DNA of 62,715 bases, the filler included. It is 6 parts of 6 records of this genome, joined end to end, with 100 filler letters (N's around TTAATTAATTAA, not from the genome) between each part and the next. Parts side by side here need not be neighbours in the genome. Positions count along the whole stretch, not along the records: positions 56,504 to 62,715 come from DRR378314_1480; 5 more parts are not named here. One strand, 5' to 3'. Shown in pieces: positions 57,730-62,715 of this stretch. The translations under genes were made by a program, and so were the position numbers. Below the pieces are notes generated by a model that was not told where the DNA came from, searched no databases, and was given only the letters and a program-made list of their open reading frames with translations. Each line of letters begins with the position of its first letter. The stretch's first letter is position 1.

Positions 57730-58395
57730 TCAGAGGCTCAACTTGTCGCGCATGAAGGCCAAGGCCACGCTCAGCCCATCGGGCGCGATCCCGTGGCCGG
57801 TGCCCTTCATCACATGGGCAAACACGTCCTGAAAGCCTGCTTCCTGCAGCGCTTCGGCCGCCTGTGGGAGTGATTGCGGCGGCACCACGTCATCCTCATC
57901 GCCATGCACCAGAAGCACGGGCATCCGGCTGACGACCTCATCGCTGAAAGTGTCCGGTGACAGCAGGCGACCGGAGAACGCCACGAGACCCGCCACCGGA
58001 TCTTCGCGGCGCGGTGCCACATGCAGCGCCATCATGGTGCCTTGCGAGAAGCCCAGCAGCACAACCTGTTCCGGCAACAGATCCTCGTCCACCATGAAGG
58101 CGTCGAGAAAGGCGTTGAGGTCATCCACTGCTGCCGACATGCCGCGCATGGATTCTTCTTCCGAGGAGCCGTCGATCCACGGGATCGGGAACCACTGGAA
58201 CCCCATCGGTGCCCCGGCGCAGGCCTCGGGCGCATCGGGGGCGACAAACAATGTGTCCGGCAAATGTTCGGCCAGCGGGTCGGCGAGCCCGAGGAGATCC
58301 GCCCCATTGGCGCCATAGCCATGCAGAAATACCACCGCAGAACGTGTGTCACCAGAGAGCGGCTCTTTGCGGCCGGCAGTCAAAACGCGTGTCAT
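57730..58395 (-). CDS. Phospholipase/carboxylesterase
   Basis: LHGYGANG, GFSQG, HGDEDDVV and GHGI motifs. ATGA overlap with alkA. Confidence 0.92.
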   Translation of the reverse strand: MTRVLTAGRKEPLSGDTRSAVVFLHGYGANGADLLGLADPLAEHLPDTLFVAPDAPEACAGAPMGFQWFPIPWIDGSSEEESMRGMSAAVDDLNAFLDAFMVDEDLLPEQVVLLGFSQGTMMALHVAPRREDPVAGLVAFSGRLLSPDTFSDEVVSRMPVLLVHGDEDDVVPPQSLPQAAEALQEAGFQDVFAHVMKGTGHGIAPDGLSVALAFMRDKLSL

Positions 58396-59024
58396 CGGAT
58401 CCCTTCCCTGTCCTTTGCCACATGGTAATAGGCCCAGAGCAAGCGCGCCGCAACCGATCGCCACGGCGACCACGCGTCGGCCATGTCTCGCAGGGCACGT
58501 TCTTTGGGGCGTTCGGGCAGATCAAACAACAGCCGCGCGCTTTCCTGCAGGGCCAGATCACCCGGCGCAAAGACATCCGCACGCCCCAAGGAGAACATCG
58601 CGTAAATCTCTGCTGTCCAGACACCAATGCCCGACACTTGCGTCAGCTCTGCGATCACATCCGCTGTAGGGATGCCGCGTAACGCATTGAAATCAATGCG
58701 CGCCTCCGCCAGTGCGCGGGCATATCGGATCTTCTGGCGGCTCAGGCCGACGGCACGCAGATCGTCATCTTTCGCCCAGAGGATCTTGCGCGGCCCCGTG
58801 AGCTTTGCATCCCGCAGGCGGTTCCAGATCGCATTGGCCGACGCCACTGAGACCTGCTGGCTGACAATGGCGCTCAGAAGCTGCGCAAACCCATCGGGCT
58901 TACGTCTGAGCGGCAATGGCCCGGTCACCGAAAGCGCCTGCGCAAAGCGCGGATCCCGCGCTGCCAGCCATGCGGCCCCCTCAGCCACACAAGCGGGTGT
59001 TTCGATAATGCGACCAACCGTCAT
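58392..59024 (-). CDS. alkA: DNA-3-methyladenine glycosylase II family (HhH-GPD)
   Basis: IVSQQVS, GLSRQK, GIGVWTAE, D.FAPGDLAL and WSPWRS motifs. Confidence 0.9.
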   Translation of the reverse strand: MTVGRIIETPACVAEGAAWLAARDPRFAQALSVTGPLPLRRKPDGFAQLLSAIVSQQVSVASANAIWNRLRDAKLTGPRKILWAKDDDLRAVGLSRQKIRYARALAEARIDFNALRGIPTADVIAELTQVSGIGVWTAEIYAMFSLGRADVFAPGDLALQESARLLFDLPERPKERALRDMADAWSPWRSVAARLLWAYYHVAKDREGIR

Positions 59025-59102
59025 ATGGAGGGTCTCGCCAAAATTGTATTGGTGCATATCACGCTGCTTGTTCCTTCACCTGTTCAGGGCTACGCAATTG
59101 CC

Positions 59103-60326
59103 ATGACTATGACCGCTCCTGCCCCCGACGACCATATTGCAAAACGCAACGTCCTGATTCTTGTGCTCGCACAGGCCTTTCTGGGCGCGCAGATGCCGAT
59201 GATTTTCATCGTCGGCGGTCTGGCTGGTCAATCGCTTGCGACCAACCCCTGTCTGGCGACGCTGCCGATTTCGCTGATCGTGGCAGGCTCGATGCTCTCG
59301 GCCACGCCAATCTCGGCGATCATGCAGCGCTTCGGGCGCCGCGCCGGATTTGCCATTGGTGCCACGGGCGGCGCGCTGGGTGGCTTGATTGGCGGCTACG
59401 GTCTCTACCTCGGGTCCTTCCCGGTATTCCTCGTGGGCAGCGCCCTCACCGGTATCTATATGAGTGCGCAGGGATTTTACCGCTTTGCCGCCGCCGACAC
59501 TGCGTCAGACAGCTTCCGTCCCAAGGCGATCTCCTACGTCATGGCCGGCGGTCTGTTGTCCGCCATCGTCGGCCCGCAACTGGTGAAAGCCACCAGCGAT
59601 GCCTTCGTCATTCCGTTCCTCGGAACTTATATGGCGGTGATCGCGGTGAATGTGCTGGGCGTTGGGCTCTTTGCTTTCCTCCGCATTCCTCGCCCCGAAG
59701 CCCCCAAGGAAGACGCCCCTGCCGGGCGCAGCCGGTTGGAACTGCTGAAAACGCCGACGATCGCCGTGGCAGTGATCTGTGCCATGGTCTCTTACGCGTT
59801 GATGAACCTGGTGATGACCTCAACACCGCTCGCAGTGGTCGGTTGCGGTTTCAGCCAGAACACGGCGGCGGACGTCGTGACCTGGCATGTTCTGGCGATG
59901 TATGTGCCGTCCTTCTTTACCGGCCACCTGATCGCACGGTTCGGCGTTGAGAAGATCGTGGGCGCCGGTTTGGTGATCCTTGCGGGCGCCGGTGCGGTTG
60001 CCTTGCAGGGGGTCGAGCTGGGCAATTTCTTCATCGCGCTGATCCTGCTGGGTGTGGGCTGGAACTTCGGCTTCATCGGCGCGACCACTATGCTGGCGGG
60101 CGCACATGACGCACATGAACGCGGTCGCATGCAGGGTCTCAACGACCTGATGGTGTTTGGTGGCGTGACCGTCGCCTCTGTGGCCTCTGGCGGGTTGATG
60201 AACTGCTCTGGCGGCAACCCGGTCGAGGGCTGGGCCGCCGTCAACATGGCGATGGCGCCCTTCTTGGTGCTGGCGGGGGGCGCGTTGATCTGGCTGGTGC
60301 TGAAGCCCAAATCCGCCACCGCCTGA
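59103..60326 (+). CDS. MFS transporter
   Basis: About 12 TM helices; MQRFGRRAG, YRFAAAD and HVLAMYVPSFFTG motifs. Confidence 0.92.
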   Translation: MTMTAPAPDDHIAKRNVLILVLAQAFLGAQMPMIFIVGGLAGQSLATNPCLATLPISLIVAGSMLSATPISAIMQRFGRRAGFAIGATGGALGGLIGGYGLYLGSFPVFLVGSALTGIYMSAQGFYRFAAADTASDSFRPKAISYVMAGGLLSAIVGPQLVKATSDAFVIPFLGTYMAVIAVNVLGVGLFAFLRIPRPEAPKEDAPAGRSRLELLKTPTIAVAVICAMVSYALMNLVMTSTPLAVVGCGFSQNTAADVVTWHVLAMYVPSFFTGHLIARFGVEKIVGAGLVILAGAGAVALQGVELGNFFIALILLGVGWNFGFIGATTMLAGAHDAHERGRMQGLNDLMVFGGVTVASVASGGLMNCSGGNPVEGWAAVNMAMAPFLVLAGGALIWLVLKPKSATA

Positions 60327-60349
60327 TCGCAGTTTGCACCGGGGGCGTG

Positions 60350-61126
60350 TTACCAGCGCCCGGTGCCGGCCTGCCACATCAAGGACACCCGTCTGCAAAA
60401 CTCACTGACACCAAGCGCGCCTGCGCCCACCCGCTCCGGCTCCGCTCGAACCTGCTTCAGTAGGACTTCCGCTTGCCAACCGGGCAGCAAGGCAGCGCTT
60501 GCCGCAGCAGAGATTGTCCGCCGATCCTGTCTGGCGGCGGCAAGCCGGTCCAATCCACGCTCGGCCAGACGGACAATCCCGGCAGTCGTGCCATCCAGCA
60601 AGGGCACGCGTTTCTGCGCCTCCAGCTCAGGAATGGCGCGCAGATAGGCCGCAAGCCCCGCCGCATAGGCGTAGTCGCGCACCACGCGCTCTTCGGCCTC
60701 CCCAAGCGAGGCCGCCACCATCCACATCAGGCCGCCCGCGGTGGCGTCGATATAAGCGTCAAACGCCGCCTCATCCTCGAACGGATCTCGGTAGATATCC
60801 CAGCGCCGCGCCTCCGCCATCGCATCAATGACCTGCGCCGCCTCGTGGTTGACCAGCCGCGCCAGCGGTGTCGAAACATAATGCCGGCGCACCTGCCCAC
60901 CGGATGCAATCTCCGCCCCGACATCGCGCCACCATTGCACACGCATCTCGGCAATCATGCTCTCCTGACTGGCCCAAGGCGCGCGCGACATCTCGATGTT
61001 AAAGGCATAGAGCGCAAACAGCAGCGGCCGCGCCTCAACCGGTGCGGCCATAGCGGCCATAAAGCGATCCGGATCGCCTTTCTGAACCGCTTCGGCGCAG
61101 GCGATCAGATCATCGTCAAACTGCAT
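60350..61126 (-). CDS. Squalene/phytoene synthase family protein (NDUFAF6-like)
   Basis: DPDRF, LYAFNIE..RA and MRVQWWRD motifs; overlaps the cimA stop. Confidence 0.85.
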   Translation of the reverse strand: MQFDDDLIACAEAVQKGDPDRFMAAMAAPVEARPLLFALYAFNIEMSRAPWASQESMIAEMRVQWWRDVGAEIASGGQVRRHYVSTPLARLVNHEAAQVIDAMAEARRWDIYRDPFEDEAAFDAYIDATAGGLMWMVAASLGEAEERVVRDYAYAAGLAAYLRAIPELEAQKRVPLLDGTTAGIVRLAERGLDRLAAARQDRRTISAAASAALLPGWQAEVLLKQVRAEPERVGAGALGVSEFCRRVSLMWQAGTGRW

Positions 61127-62715
61127 CCACCACCTCGGCCGCATCGCGCAGAAGCTTCCAGTTCATCGCATCGAGCAGCGCATCGAAAGACGCATCCAAT
61201 ATGTTCGGGCTGACGCCAACCGTCGACCAGCGCCGCCCCTTGCCGTCCTCGCTGTCGATGATCACGCGGGTCACAGCCTCGGTGCCGCCCTGGGTGATCC
61301 GCACCTTGAAGTCGACCAGCCGCATGTCGTCCAACACCTTGGAATAGCGCCCCAGATCCTTGCGCAGCGCCTTGGCCAGAGCGTTCACCGGGCCACGGTC
61401 GCTGCCGGTCTCATCGAGGGATTCGCTGACGGACAGCAGCTTTTCTCCGTCGACCTTGACCACCACGACGGCCTCCGACAGGCTGACCATGCGGTCATAT
61501 TTGTTTTTGCGCCGCTCCACCGTGACCTTGTAGCGCTTGACCTCAAAGAACTGCGGCATCTGGCCCAGCTCATCCCGCGCCAACAGCTCGAACGAGGCCT
61601 GCGCGGTGTCGTAGGAATAGCCTTCGGTTTCACGCTCCTTCACGCGCTCCAGAATGCACCCCAGCGCGGGGTCGCCCTTTTCGACCTCGATCCCGGCCTC
61701 AGCCAGACGGCGGCGCAGGTTCGATTGTCCGGCCTGGTTGGACATCGGGATGATGCGGCTGTTGCCGACCACCGCAGGCTCGATATGTTCATAGGTCGAG
61801 GGATCCTTGAGGATCGCACTCGCATGCAGTCCCGCCTTATGGGCAAAGGCCGAGGCCCCCACATAGGCCGCCTGTTTCTGCGGCACCCGGTTGAGGATCT
61901 CGTCCAGCATCCGGCTTACCGTCGTCAGCCGCGCCAGCGCCCCCTGCGGCACGCCGGTCTCATACGCGCTGGCATAGGGTTCCTTCAACAGAAGCGTCGG
62001 GATCAAGGTGGTGAGATTGGCATTGCCGCAGCGCTCACCCAGACCGTTGAGCGTGCCTTGGATCTGGCGCACGCCCGCATCCACCGCCGCCAGCGAACAG
62101 CCAACCGCGTTTTCTGTGTCGTTATGGGTGTGAATGCCCAAATGGTCGCCCGGCAGCCCCGCAGCGATCACCTCGGATACGATGCGGTGGACCTCATGCG
62201 GCAGGGTGCCGCCATTGGTGTCGCACAGAACAACCCAACGCGCGCCCGCATCGAGCGCCGCCCGACAGGCCGCCAGCGCATAATCTGGATGGGCCTTATA
62301 GCCGTCAAAGAAATGCTCCGCATCAAACAGCGCCTCGCGCCCCTGCGACACGATATGAGTCACCGACTGGGCGATATTGTCGAGGTTCTCCTCCAACGAA
62401 ATACCAAGCGCCGTGGTCACGTGGTAGTCATGCGACTTGCCCACCAGACAGACGCTCTTGGTGCCCGCGTTCATTACTGCTGCCAGCACATCGTCATTTG
62501 CAGCCGAGCGCCCTGCCCGCTTGGTCATGCCAAAGGCCGTCAGCGTCGCCCGCGTGTCCGGCGCCTCATCGAAGAAGGCGCTGTCGGTGGGGTTGGCTCC
62601 GGGCCAGCCGCCTTCGATATAGTCCACACCTAGGTCGTCAAGCGCCTGGGCAATCTGCTTTTTTTCCGAGGTGGAGAATTGCACACCCTGCGTCTGCTGC
62701 CCGTCGCGCAGGGTG
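61116..62715 (-). CDS. cimA: Citramalate synthase (5' end beyond window)
   Basis: The frame continues to the window edge (TLRDGQQTQGVQFS). IEGGWPGANP, FDAEHFFDGY, CDTNGG, HTHND, GERCGNAN and AFAHKAGLH motifs. Confidence 0.95.
   Translation of the reverse strand, partial: TLRDGQQTQGVQFSTSEKKQIAQALDDLGVDYIEGGWPGANPTDSAFFDEAPDTRATLTAFGMTKRAGRSAANDDVLAAVMNAGTKSVCLVGKSHDYHVTTALGISLEENLDNIAQSVTHIVSQGREALFDAEHFFDGYKAHPDYALAACRAALDAGARWVVLCDTNGGTLPHEVHRIVSEVIAAGLPGDHLGIHTHNDTENAVGCSLAAVDAGVRQIQGTLNGLGERCGNANLTTLIPTLLLKEPYASAYETGVPQGALARLTTVSRMLDEILNRVPQKQAAYVGASAFAHKAGLHASAILKDPSTYEHIEPAVVGNSRIIPMSNQAGQSNLRRRLAEAGIEVEKGDPALGCILERVKERETEGYSYDTAQASFELLARDELGQMPQFFEVKRYKVTVERRKNKYDRMVSLSEAVVVVKVDGEKLLSVSESLDETGSDRGPVNALAKALRKDLGRYSKVLDDMRLVDFKVRITQGGTEAVTRVIIDSEDGKGRRWSTVGVSPNILDASFDALLDAMNWKLLRDAAEVVDAV

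Overview
This window is not one locus. It is six unrelated contigs joined by artificial 100-nt spacers (44 N + TTAATTAATTAA + 44 N). (1) 1-19073, gammaproteobacterial, Marinobacter-like by inference: ald, a dienelactone-hydrolase-family gene, an acyltransferase, and a two-partner secretion pair (TpsB plus a ~4720-aa LktA/FHA-like TpsA), then a csp fragment. The TpsA ends in TAAG followed by a Cys pair, the CdrA-type LapG-cleavable anchor. (2) 19174-25358 and (3) 25459-34238, an intron-rich protist: head-to-head NAE1/APP-BP1 and spastin; an unrecognised secreted coiled-coil protein with a Trp/Cys/Lys-rich repeat; and RBBP4/MSI1, which appears to need microexons. (4) 34339-40765, Halomonas-like: bioH-C-D-A, cobB, aceK, partial ethanolamine permease. 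(5) 40866-56403, Rhodobacteraceae-like accessory catabolic cluster (TRAP, GlxA-type AraC, GST, split oxoprolinase/hydantoinase, class I glutamine amidotransferase, Cys-less class V PLP enzyme) with a shared candidate operator, then mobile-element debris, a nitrilase-family gene and the start of infA. (6) 56504-62715, Rhodobacteraceae-like housekeeping genes (HNH, rluE, esterase, alkA, MFS, phytoene-synthase-like, cimA). The best novelty candidates are the LapG-type releasable giant TpsA, the contig-5 catabolic operon and the protist W/C/K-repeat protein. All taxonomy and family calls come from motif recognition; no database was searched.
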